A stretch of 64,000 nt of DNA from Thermoproteota archaeon (GCA_030550585.1 JAUQPB010000004.1:64001-128000), one strand, 5' to 3'; positions 22,615 through 33,372 are shown, numbered from the stretch's first letter. Translations and numbers: made by a program. The notes: a model not told the origin generated them from the sequence alone.

Positions 22615-24054
22615 CTACTCATATCCGTATATCCTCTTCGCCAAATCTACAAGGTTCTGTATACCGTTCTCGCTATAGCTAAACGGTTTCAGCACCCCAT
22701 CCTCGATCTTATATATCTTGCCACCTCTAATCAGAGGTATATAGTCTTTAGAGCTTAGTGTCACAATCTTTGCAGAGCTCTCCAGCTTCTGCAGAGCCTC
22801 TATAATCTGATGTGCCTCGAAATATGTAGAGCCTGTAAAGGGCTCGTCGAGTAGTATAACACCATTTTTCGAAGCTATATAGGCTAGAACTGTCGACAAC
22901 CTCGTTACCTGGCCCCACGACAAATTTAGTGGGGTTGCGCCAAGGTCTGCATAGCCAAAGCTCTTTACAATGTTAGTTCCATACTCGATGCAGTTGCCGC
23001 CAATCTTTTTGTGCCTACAGATAGAGTTGATCTCCTCTGCAATACTGTCCTCGGTGATGAATAGATGGGGTATCTGCGGGACGTACACAACATCAGCATA
23101 TCTTTTAACAACACCTTTTACAGGCTTTACAACCCCTGCCAATATTCTTAGAAGAGTTGATTTGCCAGATCCATTAGCGCCGTAAACAACTATGGTATCC
23201 CCTCTGCAAATCTCCATGCTGACCCCTCTCAAAACCCATTTCGAATCGTCATACCTGTGCCAAACATCTCTCAACTCCAAAACAACATCACATCTACTCG
23301 CTGGGCTACTGCCACCATATCTATACTCGCTATGTGTAGGCTGTGCTGATCCATCTGTATTCAAATCTCTGAAGAGTTCTTTGCCAAGCTTTTCCAGCGA
23401 GTCTCGCCGCATTATATAAATCTCGTCGGCTAGATCCAGCAGATGTTTGAATCTGTGCTCAAAGACTATAACCGTTTTTCCAGCGCTTCTAGCAGCTCTA
23501 ATGGTATTCAAAACAACTTCGGTTCCATCAACATCGTCAAGCCACATAAGAGGTTCGTCGAGTATCAAAACACTTGGATTTGTTATAAGGGCTTTTGCTA
23601 TAGACAACCTCTTTAGCTGTCCCCCCGAGAGGCTTGTTATTGGCCTCTCCAGAAGGTCTTTAACTCCAACTGCTTGTGCAACTCTATAAACATGCTCTAA
23701 CGCGCTTTCTCCATAGACCGTCTCCGCATAGCTGACCAGGTCGTCTATTGGTATGGGCTCTAAAAAATGTGTGTATGGGTCTTGGTTAACCATCTGGACA
23801 CAGCTTTGGATCTCCCTCAAACCCATCTCCTCTAATCTTTTTCCACACAGCCATATCTCCCCCTTGACCTCAGCACCAAAAATGCTTTGGGCCACACCTG
23901 TCAATGCTCTTGCAAAAGATGTTTTTCCACACCCACTCCTACCAATGATGAGCACAGTCTTTTCAGTATCTACAGAAAAGCTTATGTTTTTCAGAACCCA
24001 GTCCCCATCCCCATATCTAAGCCAAAGATTCTTGACATCCACTACCCTGTTCAT
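22615..24054 (-). CDS. ECF transporter tandem ATPase
   Basis: Two Walker A motifs (GRSGCGKT, GANGSGKS), LSGGQ and degenerate LSWGQ, two LDEP. Confidence 0.9.
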   Translation of the reverse strand: MNRVVDVKNLWLRYGDGDWVLKNISFSVDTEKTVLIIGRSGCGKTSFARALTGVAQSIFGAEVKGEIWLCGKRLEEMGLREIQSCVQMVNQDPYTHFLEPIPIDDLVSYAETVYGESALEHVYRVAQAVGVKDLLERPITSLSGGQLKRLSIAKALITNPSVLILDEPLMWLDDVDGTEVVLNTIRAARSAGKTVIVFEHRFKHLLDLADEIYIMRRDSLEKLGKELFRDLNTDGSAQPTHSEYRYGGSSPASRCDVVLELRDVWHRYDDSKWVLRGVSMEICRGDTIVVYGANGSGKSTLLRILAGVVKPVKGVVKRYADVVYVPQIPHLFITEDSIAEEINSICRHKKIGGNCIEYGTNIVKSFGYADLGATPLNLSWGQVTRLSTVLAYIASKNGVILLDEPFTGSTYFEAHQIIEALQKLESSAKIVTLSSKDYIPLIRGGKIYKIEDGVLKPFSYSENGIQNLVDLAKRIYGYE

Positions 24055-24085
24055 CGATAGCCTCCTTCAATAATAAAACAGAGTA

Positions 24086-24715
24086 TTAGATAATTCGAAG
24101 CCTTTTAAGCGATGCCCATATGGAAACCGATAGCGGGGCTACATAGCAAACAACAATCGCGTTGAACAATGCAATAAATGGTAGATAGGCAACTGTGAAG
24201 CTATATCCAGCCTCCAGCGACTTTACCCACCCAGCCCACACAAGCCAGTATGGAGTCACCAAATAGTTTAGCAGAGACATTAGGCCGACTCTGCATATCA
24301 AAGCAGAGGCAAATGCTATAACAGATGATGTTTTAATGCCTGCACCCCTCCTAGAGAGTACATGCATTGTTGCTACAAGTGGCAGAGCAGTTGCAAGCTC
24401 TGCTACAATCTTCATTGTCGGCCCCACAACCTTTGTCGGATCAGATGTTAGCAACACGCTGCCGAGCCAGAAAATTGGTGCGGAAACCAATGTGTATCTC
24501 ATATCGATTAGCGCTATAATGGCTATTGGCACTCCAGCCAAATCAAATTTCAGAAACGGTGCTAGGGGAAATGGCCACTGGTATATGTGTAGCACTATTG
24601 CAAGAGCAGTCAAAACAAGTATCAAAACCAGCTCGACTATGTTGGTCACCGTTTTCATTACCTTAAAACTTGGGCTCGCCGTTGCGGAACTGCCCATGGT
24701 TTGCCCACCTAGCAT
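24086..24715 (-). CDS. ECF transporter S component
   Basis: PFPLAPFLKFDL.GVP motif, about 6 TM, LNY..TP. Confidence 0.85.
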   Translation of the reverse strand: MLGGQTMGSSATASPSFKVMKTVTNIVELVLILVLTALAIVLHIYQWPFPLAPFLKFDLAGVPIAIIALIDMRYTLVSAPIFWLGSVLLTSDPTKVVGPTMKIVAELATALPLVATMHVLSRRGAGIKTSSVIAFASALICRVGLMSLLNYLVTPYWLVWAGWVKSLEAGYSFTVAYLPFIALFNAIVVCYVAPLSVSIWASLKRLRII

Positions 24716-24819
24716 GTGTGTATGGATCGGGCTGAACTGTTTTGCTATATAAGGTTGGCTCTCTAAGAGCTATCTAGTTAAAACTTTTTAAACTAATTTA
24801 AACACTGAAATGCTATTGG

Positions 24820-25854
24820 GTGTTGCTATTGAGGAAAATCTATAGGTTGCAGGGTATTGGAGGCTCTATATATGTTGCATTGCCTAAGGAGTGGCTCAGA
24901 AGATTCAACTTGGATAAGGGCTCTGCTGTCGAGGTCTCTCTGGAGTCTGATGGAAGTCTTAGGATAGCCCCTATTAGAGAAGGTGGTGAGGGGGCTGGCG
25001 AGGAGAAGAAGCATTTGAGTGAGATAGAGATTTTTGTTGAGAGGCCTGGCGATGTCTACACATCGCTTTTAACAGCATATCTAAGGGGTTTCGACATGAT
25101 AACACTTAGATTCTCTACAAGTGCTATTGAAAGAGAGGTTAAGAGTGTTATAGACTCTGCCAAGGATCTTCTCCTAGGCCTGGAGGCGGTGGAGATTGAG
25201 AGTAGCTACATAGTTTTGAGGGTTCTTGCATCAGAAGACATGGAGATGGACTCGATGGTCAGAAACATGCACAAAACAGTTAGGTCCATGTATCTAGACG
25301 CCCTAAACTCCCTCAAACAAAACGATGTTGAGCTGGCAAAAGCTGTTGTTCTGAGAGACAGGGATGTAAACAAACTCTACTTCTACCTAACAAGAACTAT
25401 AAGAAGAAAGATACAGACAGTCTCCCTAGACCCAAAAACACTTCTAAAGCTAGTCGATATGAGAATGCTCATAAAATTCATAGAGGAGATAGGAGACGAA
25501 GCCAAAAACGCTGCCTCTGCATTGATAGAAGCCTTCTCAAAAAATCTCAAAATAGATGAAAACTACGCCACCCAAATAGAAGACGCCGTCAACAGAGTAG
25601 ACGAGATCTACAAAAACGTCGTTATGAAAGCACATGAAAAATCCATCGAAATATCAGAGCTAAGACAACACATGAAAACATGCTTGAATGTTAGAGACTC
25701 TATGAGGAGCTTGAGAATAAAGCTGGCTGAAGAGGGAAGAGACTACTACTGGTTCCTAGAGTTCATAAAATCATTTGAAAGCATAGCTATGAGCGTCTAC
25801 GACATTCTAAGCCTAATGCCATTCGAAATAATATCCACAATGATCTACGAATAG
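24820..25854 (+). CDS. AbrB-PhoU phosphate uptake regulator
   Basis: RLQGIGGSIYVALPKEW AbrB domain; AYLRGFD; RDRDVNKLY, EEIGD. Confidence 0.88.
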   Translation: MLLLRKIYRLQGIGGSIYVALPKEWLRRFNLDKGSAVEVSLESDGSLRIAPIREGGEGAGEEKKHLSEIEIFVERPGDVYTSLLTAYLRGFDMITLRFSTSAIEREVKSVIDSAKDLLLGLEAVEIESSYIVLRVLASEDMEMDSMVRNMHKTVRSMYLDALNSLKQNDVELAKAVVLRDRDVNKLYFYLTRTIRRKIQTVSLDPKTLLKLVDMRMLIKFIEEIGDEAKNAASALIEAFSKNLKIDENYATQIEDAVNRVDEIYKNVVMKAHEKSIEISELRQHMKTCLNVRDSMRSLRIKLAEEGRDYYWFLEFIKSFESIAMSVYDILSLMPFEIISTMIYE

Positions 25855-25901
25855 AGCTTCGCTCTATGCTATTAAAAAGTAAAAAAGTGTTTTAGTGTAT
25901 G

Positions 25902-26885
25902 CTAATGCCTCAACAGCTCTCTTATCAGTTTTTGGGCTTCTATTGGGTTGTTGGAGTCTATGACTTTTCTTATTCTCTCCCATCCGATGCTCTCTAGAGC
26001 TCTGTATATGGCTCTTACGTTCTCTATGCTTTGTCTGACCATCTCGGCTGCGTCTAGGTATCTTGGGAATAGGTCTAGGCCGAACCAGCCGCTGTAGTTT
26101 GTTTCTTTTAGCCAGTATAGGAGCTCTGCAAACTCTAGTAGGTGGACGCTTGCTGGGAATAGGTCTAGGTCTACCTCTGTGAATATGTCGTTTAGGTGTA
26201 GGTGGTACAATGCGTTGTATCTGGATATGAGGACTATTGCCTCTGGCACATACTCTTTAGCTAGTTTTGCATGGGCAAACTCTACGTTTATACCAACATT
26301 CTTTATGCCCTGCATCCTAAGCTCTAGTATTGTTGTCAGGGCTCTTGCTGCTGAGCCGTGTAGGAGGTAGCTCGATGGATCCTCTATCTTGTACTCCAAC
26401 GCAACCTTTATCTCTGGCCCATACTCAGCTACCTCCTTGATCGAGGATACGTAGTTGTTCCAGAGCTTCCTATAGTCTGTTGTGAATGGAAAGTCAAACC
26501 CCTCTCTACCAGGCCATATAATCAGTATCTCTGCCCCCAACTCCCTAGCTATATCAATTGCCTTCTTACATCTCTCAACAGCTCTTCTCCTAGTGCTCTC
26601 ATCAAGTGCAGCTAGTGCCCCCCTAGCCCACTGAGCCTCTTGAGAAAGCACAGGGGCTATAGCCACAGCCCTTAGATTAGCACTTGAAAGAGCATCCCTA
26701 ACCTGCTTAACATTCTCCTCATTAACCTCTGTCGGATAGTGGAATTCTAGGCCCTGAAGACCCTCTATACTGCCAGCCACTCTAACCAGCTCAACAATTG
26801 GTTTAGCAGACTTATACCCAGTTGGTGCAAACCTTTCTATACCAGCACCGAAAACCCATATACCAGTTGAAAACCTTATCTCCAT
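25902..26885 (-). CDS. Xylose-isomerase-like sugar isomerase (copy 1)
   Basis: WPGREG, EYK, EFAH, HLND, DLD, LDLFP metal-binding motifs. Confidence 0.85.
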   Translation of the reverse strand: MEIRFSTGIWVFGAGIERFAPTGYKSAKPIVELVRVAGSIEGLQGLEFHYPTEVNEENVKQVRDALSSANLRAVAIAPVLSQEAQWARGALAALDESTRRRAVERCKKAIDIARELGAEILIIWPGREGFDFPFTTDYRKLWNNYVSSIKEVAEYGPEIKVALEYKIEDPSSYLLHGSAARALTTILELRMQGIKNVGINVEFAHAKLAKEYVPEAIVLISRYNALYHLHLNDIFTEVDLDLFPASVHLLEFAELLYWLKETNYSGWFGLDLFPRYLDAAEMVRQSIENVRAIYRALESIGWERIRKVIDSNNPIEAQKLIRELLRH

Positions 26886-27076
26886 TTCCTGTTCACCACA
26901 ATCTAATAAACGGGTAAGAAAACATTAAAAAGTTTACTGCTTTGACCCCAGCCATAACTAAACTATCTAACCCCTTTTGAACAGCCCTAGCCACATCCCT
27001 TTTAACCAGTTTTTCATATGTTAAAAACCTATAGCGGCTCCATATAAAGATTGGTGTAGTTAGTGAAGGTGATGCC

Positions 27077-27475
27077 ATGTACCAAGACATTGATTTTTCA
27101 TCGATTCCCATAGGCATTAAATGTGTAGAAAGCTATAGGGTTGGGGATGGAGATATAGCAAAACATGTAGGCTCATTGTCAACACCATCAATGATACTGT
27201 TTATGGAGATGACTGCAATGCGTTGTGTTGAAAAATATCTTCCACTTGGCTATACAACCGTTGGCTACTCAGTTAATGTGAGACATGTTAGCCCTGCTCC
27301 ACCTGGGGCAACGGTTTGGGTTGAGGCAGTGCTTATCTCTAGAGACAATAGAAAACTTGTTTTTAGTGTTAAGGCATTCGTGGGGGAGAGGCTTATTGGC
27401 GAGGGTCTTCACGAGCGGTATATCGTATCTGTTGAGAGGTTCTTAGACAAGATAAGGAGATCCTTATCTAGCTGA
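27077..27475 (+). CDS. Fluoroacetyl-CoA-type hotdog thioesterase (copy 1)
   Basis: LSTPSMILFME, TTVG..VNVRH..PAPPG, GEG.HER. Confidence 0.88.
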   Translation: MYQDIDFSSIPIGIKCVESYRVGDGDIAKHVGSLSTPSMILFMEMTAMRCVEKYLPLGYTTVGYSVNVRHVSPAPPGATVWVEAVLISRDNRKLVFSVKAFVGERLIGEGLHERYIVSVERFLDKIRRSLSS

Positions 27476-27546
27476 ATTTTCTTTACATACAAAAATGGTG
27501 TATTACCTTGGATAGCAAAGCCAAATGGCTGGTGCCAGGTTTGTGA

Positions 27547-28404
27547 TTGTGGGGAGGAGAGTTGATTGTTGTCAATAGTAGAAGAGTTAATGATTTAGCC
27601 GATATGGTTAGGGCTATTGGCCATAAGAGGATAGAGTTTTTCGAGGATATAGACCCCCAGTTTACAGCTATAAAGGATTTGGCAAACGTGTGCGGCTCTA
27701 CAAGCTATCTACTAACTATCCTCAATGCAGCTATAAGCTATAGGCTTTCTCAGCCAGGTGAAGTCTACTGGAGCCTTTTCTCAGAGTATGCGAGAAGCAG
27801 ATGCATATCTGTTTATGGGTTGAGACAGATTGGTGAGCTGGTCAAAGAGTTTGCATATATGTACAACAGGGTTGCGCTTGACCAAAAGCTTAGAAGACTT
27901 GAGAAAATGATTCGCTGCAGAAACCTCGAAGGAATTGCTGCAACAGTGGATCTAGAGGCTTTGAGAAGAGAAATTGCTTTGTGTCTAAACGTAGATTTAG
28001 ATTCGAAGACAGTTATATTCTCAGTGAAAATGGCTTACTATGTGCATAGAGCACTAGGCAAAAAGCTGGTTATACCAATGACTATTCCGATACCTGTAGA
28101 CATAAGAGTTGCTACAATAACTTATCTCTCGGGTGCGGTGGATATAGTTGGCGAGGTCATTAGCAATAAATACTCTTTGCTTAGATATAGCAAAACAATT
28201 AGAGGCATCTGGAGTGATATAGGAAGAAAATCGTTGGTGCCGCCTCTGAACCTAGATGCGCTCATATGGTACTTCGGGAAATACTCCAATGCTAAAAGCA
28301 TTGACCAGGTATATCTCTATGTATACAAAGAGCTCTACCCAATCCTTAAACAAGATGAGATAAGCCTGATAGTGAGAAATCTATTCTACAGATTAGCCAC
28401 ATGA
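27547..28404 (+). CDS. Archaeal 8-oxoguanine N-glycosylase/DNA lyase AGOG (copy 1)
   Basis: DPQF, ISYRLSQPGEVYW, KTVIFSVK, IPVDIR, PPLNLDALIW. Confidence 0.9.
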   Translation: MWGGELIVVNSRRVNDLADMVRAIGHKRIEFFEDIDPQFTAIKDLANVCGSTSYLLTILNAAISYRLSQPGEVYWSLFSEYARSRCISVYGLRQIGELVKEFAYMYNRVALDQKLRRLEKMIRCRNLEGIAATVDLEALRREIALCLNVDLDSKTVIFSVKMAYYVHRALGKKLVIPMTIPIPVDIRVATITYLSGAVDIVGEVISNKYSLLRYSKTIRGIWSDIGRKSLVPPLNLDALIWYFGKYSNAKSIDQVYLYVYKELYPILKQDEISLIVRNLFYRLAT

Positions 28405-28486
28405 AGTCTTTGGACAGCACTATTTCGAAGGAATTGTCTAAGTCGCATACAAAACGAGACAAAATAATGTTTATTAGTTCTGATAG

Positions 28487-28520
28487 CTACAGAGGTGTGT
28501 AGTAACTACAGAGGTGTGTA
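28487..28520. promoter_or_regulatory. Tandem quasi-palindromic operator-like repeat
   Basis: CTACAGAGGTGTGTAG at 28487 and again at 28506 (last base differs), 19-bp period, just downstream of TTTATTA. Confidence 0.7.
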
Positions 28521-29615
28521 TCCATACCCTTTTTCGACAGACCTATTGAAAAACCTGAAGAGTTATTCGATAGAGAGAAAGAGCTTGAACATCTGAGAAA
28601 GGCTGTGGCCTCCCACGCCATAACAGTTGTTGTTGGTGTTAGAAGAGTTGGGAAAACATCGCTTGTCAAAGCCTCTACCCATGATTTGCCAAGGATATAT
28701 CTGGATGTTAGGAAGTTTGAGGAGTCTCGGTATATAACATATGGAATGTTTTTAGAGGAGCTTAGAAAAGCTTTGAACGTTTTTGCTTCAATGGATAGAA
28801 AGATTGTTGAGCATCTCAAAGCTGTCAAGGGCTTGAAGATACTTGGGGTCGAAGTCGAGTTTTCTTTGGATAGATCGAGACCTCTTCTAACATCTATTCT
28901 AGAGTCTCTTGATAGGTGGGCTGGGGACAGGGGAGAGAAACTCGTTATTGTTATTGATGAAGCACAAGAGCTTATCAGGATGAGGGGATATAGTATATTG
29001 CCAGCCATAGCATATGCCTACGACAATCTCAGAAACATATCATTCATCTTTGCAGGATCCAAAATTGGTTTGCTATACAGGTTTCTCCGAGTAGAAGACC
29101 CTTCATCCCCTCTGTATGGAAGATATATGGAGAGGGTAGAGCTTAAGCCACTCGATAAAGAAAAGTCTATGGAGTTTCTCCGAAAGGGCTTTGAGGAGCA
29201 TGGCATAAGAGTTGAAGAGACTTTTATAGAAGAAGCTGTTGAGAAACTCGATGGGGTTATAGGATGGCTCTCCTACCTAGGGCTAAAAGTTGTTAGCAGA
29301 GGTGTGAGCAGAACAATCATAGACGATGTTGTTGAAGAAGCATCGAAAATCGTTGCCAACGAGTTCTGCAAATTTGTTGATGCCATGGGTAGCAAGCGCT
29401 ATGTAGAGATAATTAGGGCTATAAACAGAGAGGGGGCTACATGGTCAGAGATAAGAAGATATCTAGAGATAAGGCTTGGCACAAAGATCTACGACTCTGA
29501 GCTAGCAAGACTACTCAGAAACCTCATCGACAATGGCTTCATAGAGAAGAGAGATGATTTATACATAATACCAGATCCAATACTGAGGCAAGCCTCTAGA
29601 AACATACTGTGCTAG
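28516..29615 (+). CDS. Archaeal AAA ATPase with C-terminal wHTH; 5' end frameshifted or non-canonical start
   Basis: FDRE, GVRRVGKTS Walker A, IDEAQ, GS, PLYGR, DGVIGWL, DP; the conserved N-terminus lies upstream of the called start 28605. Confidence 0.85.
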
Positions 29616-29691
29616 TATAGATAGGGGGGTCCTAGGCTATGCCAATATTTGACATTACTTTATATACTGTTTTTGCGCAGAAAAATCTTGG

Positions 29692-30603
29692 TTGTGCTGT
29701 GTGGTGAGAAGATACAAACTGTTTAGAGATCCTCTACTGCTTATAGCACTAGCCTTGATGGTTGCCTCCCTAGCTTATATTGTCTACAGCTTTCTTCCTC
29801 ATGTATCTAGCACGAACCCCTCTAACATACTAGAGGAGTATGTGAAAGCAATTCAAAGCCTTAACAAATCTTCTACTGCTCTTGAAAAAAGAGTTGCAGG
29901 TTTCTACACGGTTGCGCCAAACATTAGTGATGTGGCTATTGCTAGGGATAGGATTAGAGGCTATCTTCGCAATTTGTCTATGATGTATGGCTTCAACAAC
30001 AGTAACTTTCTTGTTAACACCGCTAAGAACTATCTCTATATAGCTGAGGCAGCCACAAACACAACCAAAGGCTATCTATATATTAACAACTCTATTGATA
30101 TCCTCAGAGAGTCTCTAGAGCTTTTGTCTATTTGCAGAGTTAGAGATGCTCTAACTAGATATAATCGCATCGAAGATTATGTTCTAAGCTCTCTTAGTAG
30201 CATTGCAAAGGCTGTCTCCATGCTCAATAAGGTTAATAAGAGCTGTGTTGCTGAAAACCATGTTCCAGTAATCGAGGCATCTCTAGAGAGATTAGAGAAG
30301 GTGTATACATCTATTAAAAGCGCTGACGATCTCATGAGAATAGCAAAGAGATATGAGGACTATATAGAGGCTTTGTGCAGCAACCAAACAATCAATGATG
30401 CCGCAGCTTTGAATAGCATTCAAAACGAATTAAACCAGATAACGGTTTCTGGGCCACTATCACCAGAGGTGTCAAATGCCCAGAACACCCTTATAGCTCT
30501 CATCCAATCCTATCTATATGGCCAGTCAATGAATCAGCAAAACCAGTCGGGCAATTATGTTGGTGGCGGAGCTGGATATGTACCGCCAGAGTCAAGCGAC
30601 TAG
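29692..30603 (+). CDS. Membrane-anchored helical protein upstream of a VWA gene
   Basis: N-terminal TM, N-glycosylation sequons, Q/N/G-rich tail. Confidence 0.7.
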   Translation: MCCVVRRYKLFRDPLLLIALALMVASLAYIVYSFLPHVSSTNPSNILEEYVKAIQSLNKSSTALEKRVAGFYTVAPNISDVAIARDRIRGYLRNLSMMYGFNNSNFLVNTAKNYLYIAEAATNTTKGYLYINNSIDILRESLELLSICRVRDALTRYNRIEDYVLSSLSSIAKAVSMLNKVNKSCVAENHVPVIEASLERLEKVYTSIKSADDLMRIAKRYEDYIEALCSNQTINDAAALNSIQNELNQITVSGPLSPEVSNAQNTLIALIQSYLYGQSMNQQNQSGNYVGGGAGYVPPESSD

Positions 30604-30937
30604 CATAGGGTTTGACAATCCTTACATGCTTCTATTTGCCCCAATCTCGATAGCGATTCTATTTCTGTTGTATATGAGGAGTAGGAAGAGGGTATATGAG
30701 CTCTCCGCAAAACTCGGCAAAGCAGGCGATGCAAGAGTGGCTAAGCTAGTGGCTATAGCGAAATTTGCTGTGCCCATACTACTATCCTTGGCGGCTGCAC
30801 AGCCATACACTGTAACTGTTAGCCACATGGCTATAACCATGGATAATGTCCTCGATGTTAATACAGCCAACATAAGAATTATTGTGATGCTCGACACCTC
30901 TAAGAGTATGGGCTACGGCGATGTGCCTCCATCTAGA
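30578..30937 (+). pseudogene. VWA-domain membrane protein, truncated
   Basis: BatA-like F.NP.. N-terminus, LAAAQP, MIDAS LDTSKSM..DVPPSR, then breaks off. Confidence 0.8.
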
Positions 30938-32234
30938 GAGGCTTGGTGCAGCAGTTGGATGCAGAATTAGATTGCTACTGCGAAGCAACATTGTATTCGA
31001 AGGTATTCTAATGCCTCATCACGAATTTAGCGAAGCTGATATAATTGTTATTAAACTTGACAATGGTTACAACATAGGCATATCGATTAGAAGAGTCTCC
31101 AAGATAGACGTTGTTGAGTGTAGAGAAAGAGTGGAGGCGAAGCCACAGGAGGTTAGCCAAATCCAAAAGCCTGTTGTCAAAATCCTTGGATGTGGAGGGA
31201 CAATAGCTAGCAGAGTTGAGTATGAGACTGGCGCTGTAAAACCTGCTATGAGCCCAGCAGAGCTTATGGAGATAATACCTGAGCTAAAGAATCTTGCAGG
31301 CTATGATGTTGAGGTATTATTCAACATTCTCAGCGAGGATATGACACCATCTCATTGGAGGTCTATTGCAGAATCCGTCTACAAATCAATTGTAAGCGGC
31401 GTTGACGGTGTTGTTGTTGCCCATGGCACTGACACCATGAGCTATACAGCAGCTGCACTAGCTTTCTCTATCCAAGGCTTGCCAATGCCAGTTGCTCTCG
31501 TAGGTGCTCAGAGAAGTAGCGATAGGCCAAGTACCGATGCCGCTCTCAACCTCTTGGCAGCTGTTCTAACAACTCTTAGAGCACCTTTTGGAGAGGTTGC
31601 TGTTGTTATGCATGCAACACCATCAGATACAGAGACATTTGCGCATAGAGGTGTTAAGGTGAGGAAGATGCATAGTAGTAGAAGAGATGCTTTTCAGAGC
31701 ATCAACGACCTCCCACTTGCGAGAATAGATCTAGCAAAAATGGAGATAAATACCATCAATAGCAGGTTTATTCCAAGAGCTAAAAGCGCTGATGAAACAA
31801 GATTTTTTGCATCATTCGATGACAGAGTTGCTCTGGTTAAGGCCTATCCAGGTTTCCAGAGCGAGATAATAGATTTTCTAGTTGATAGAAAGTTCCACGG
31901 CATAGTCATTGAAGGCACGGGGCTGGGGCACATAGGAAGCTATGCTATAGAATCTATTAAGAGAGCCGTTGAAGAGGGTATAGCAGTTGTTATGACAACA
32001 CAGACACTATTTGGCAGAGTTAATATGAATGTGTATACAACTGGTAGGAAACTTCTAGAGGCAGGTGTTATACCAGGGGAGGACATGCTGCCAGAGACAG
32101 CCTATGTAAAGCTATCATGGGTATTGGCCCAAACAAGAGACTTGAAAGAAGTTAGAAAAATGATGCTAACAAACTATGTCAATGAGATAAATCCTGTGCA
32201 TACACATCAGCTATACCCAATTTGGGTACACTAA
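30921..32234 (+). CDS. gatD: Glu-tRNA(Gln) amidotransferase subunit D, probably N-terminally chimeric
   Basis: EGILMP, KLDNGYNIG, GGTIAS, HGTDT, AQRSSDRPS, RKMHSSRRDAF, PETAYVKL. Confidence 0.93.
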   Translation: MCLHLERLGAAVGCRIRLLLRSNIVFEGILMPHHEFSEADIIVIKLDNGYNIGISIRRVSKIDVVECRERVEAKPQEVSQIQKPVVKILGCGGTIASRVEYETGAVKPAMSPAELMEIIPELKNLAGYDVEVLFNILSEDMTPSHWRSIAESVYKSIVSGVDGVVVAHGTDTMSYTAAALAFSIQGLPMPVALVGAQRSSDRPSTDAALNLLAAVLTTLRAPFGEVAVVMHATPSDTETFAHRGVKVRKMHSSRRDAFQSINDLPLARIDLAKMEINTINSRFIPRAKSADETRFFASFDDRVALVKAYPGFQSEIIDFLVDRKFHGIVIEGTGLGHIGSYAIESIKRAVEEGIAVVMTTQTLFGRVNMNVYTTGRKLLEAGVIPGEDMLPETAYVKLSWVLAQTRDLKEVRKMMLTNYVNEINPVHTHQLYPIWVH

Positions 32235-32305
32235 AAACCTTTTTATTTTCCTGCACATCTGTTGCAATAGACTTATTTTTGTGTTAGCTCTTTTAGATTC
32301 CCAAG

Positions 32306-33349
32306 GTGCATCAATTGAATAAAACTCTGCTAATAATAATAGCTGTTATAGCTGTAGCAGGAGCTGCAATAGGCATACTATATGCTATGGGTCTAATTTG
32401 GAAATCCACTACATGTCGCATAGACAGGGATGGCACATTCTTTGTGGTATACTACACTGTTCCACCAAATGAAACCGTCTTTAGGCATCTGCTAAGCAGT
32501 ATACAAAGCTATATAGCTTCAAACACCAGCGGCTCTCTAAACATAACACTCTCTCTATGCATAAAGAGGTTCTCTGAATTGGATAGCAATACAAAAAGTA
32601 TCTTCAGCTCATACAAAGTATTTCCAATAATGGGCATCTACACATCAAAGGATTTATCAGCTGCAAAAGCATCTTCACAGCTCTTCGATGTCAGTGGAAA
32701 ATACTATATTATTAAGGAGAATGTTACTCTAGGTATCTACAGCTACTTAGATTACTATGGAGTCCCTATACTCAAAGAGCCCAAGGTCTTTATAGAGACT
32801 TTAAGAGAGCCAGAAGTTAATGTGAATGAAACACCTGTTATAGGTTCTCTAAACGCCAAATACTATCTGATTATCTATGAGGATGCCTGGTGCCCATACT
32901 GCGCAAAATTCTATAGCGATTCTATGCCAATGATAGAAAGTCTTGTAAACAACAACACATTTGCCATAGTCTTGAAGAGCTTGATTATCCACCCGGGTGT
33001 AGAGAATATACATAGAAACATAACTGCTTTGTATATAGCCACCAAAAACTCTACAGCTGTTTTTAGCATAATGAAAAAGATTTACAGCTACGTGAATGCT
33101 GGGCTAGAACCCTCGCCAGAAAATGTTACCCTATTAATAAAGAATTTAACAGGCTTAGACAGCTTCAATATTAGTTTAAGTGTTGTAGACAAGGTTATTA
33201 CTAGCGATATCCAGGAGTCTCAAAGGTTTGGAATATTTGGTACACCAGGGTTTGTCATATGGAATAGAGAGAGTGGCAGAGGATTGGTAGTTGTTGGCTA
33301 TGCATCGGCTAGCGATATTCTAGATATTGTTAGAACATATCTAGGATAA
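32306..33349 (+). CDS. Membrane-anchored DsbA/thioredoxin-fold protein
   Basis: N-terminal TM, WCPYC, GTPGF. Confidence 0.88.
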   Translation: MHQLNKTLLIIIAVIAVAGAAIGILYAMGLIWKSTTCRIDRDGTFFVVYYTVPPNETVFRHLLSSIQSYIASNTSGSLNITLSLCIKRFSELDSNTKSIFSSYKVFPIMGIYTSKDLSAAKASSQLFDVSGKYYIIKENVTLGIYSYLDYYGVPILKEPKVFIETLREPEVNVNETPVIGSLNAKYYLIIYEDAWCPYCAKFYSDSMPMIESLVNNNTFAIVLKSLIIHPGVENIHRNITALYIATKNSTAVFSIMKKIYSYVNAGLEPSPENVTLLIKNLTGLDSFNISLSVVDKVITSDIQESQRFGIFGTPGFVIWNRESGRGLVVVGYASASDILDIVRTYLG

Positions 33350-33372
33350 TCCATGATATTTTTCAATTTTTA

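Larger units (their letters stand above)
25909..28404. repeat. Duplicated block copy 1 (isomerase-thioesterase-AGOG)
   Basis: Homologous to 47662-50156; 25909-26468 identical to 47662-48221 on line-by-line comparison. Confidence 0.95.
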
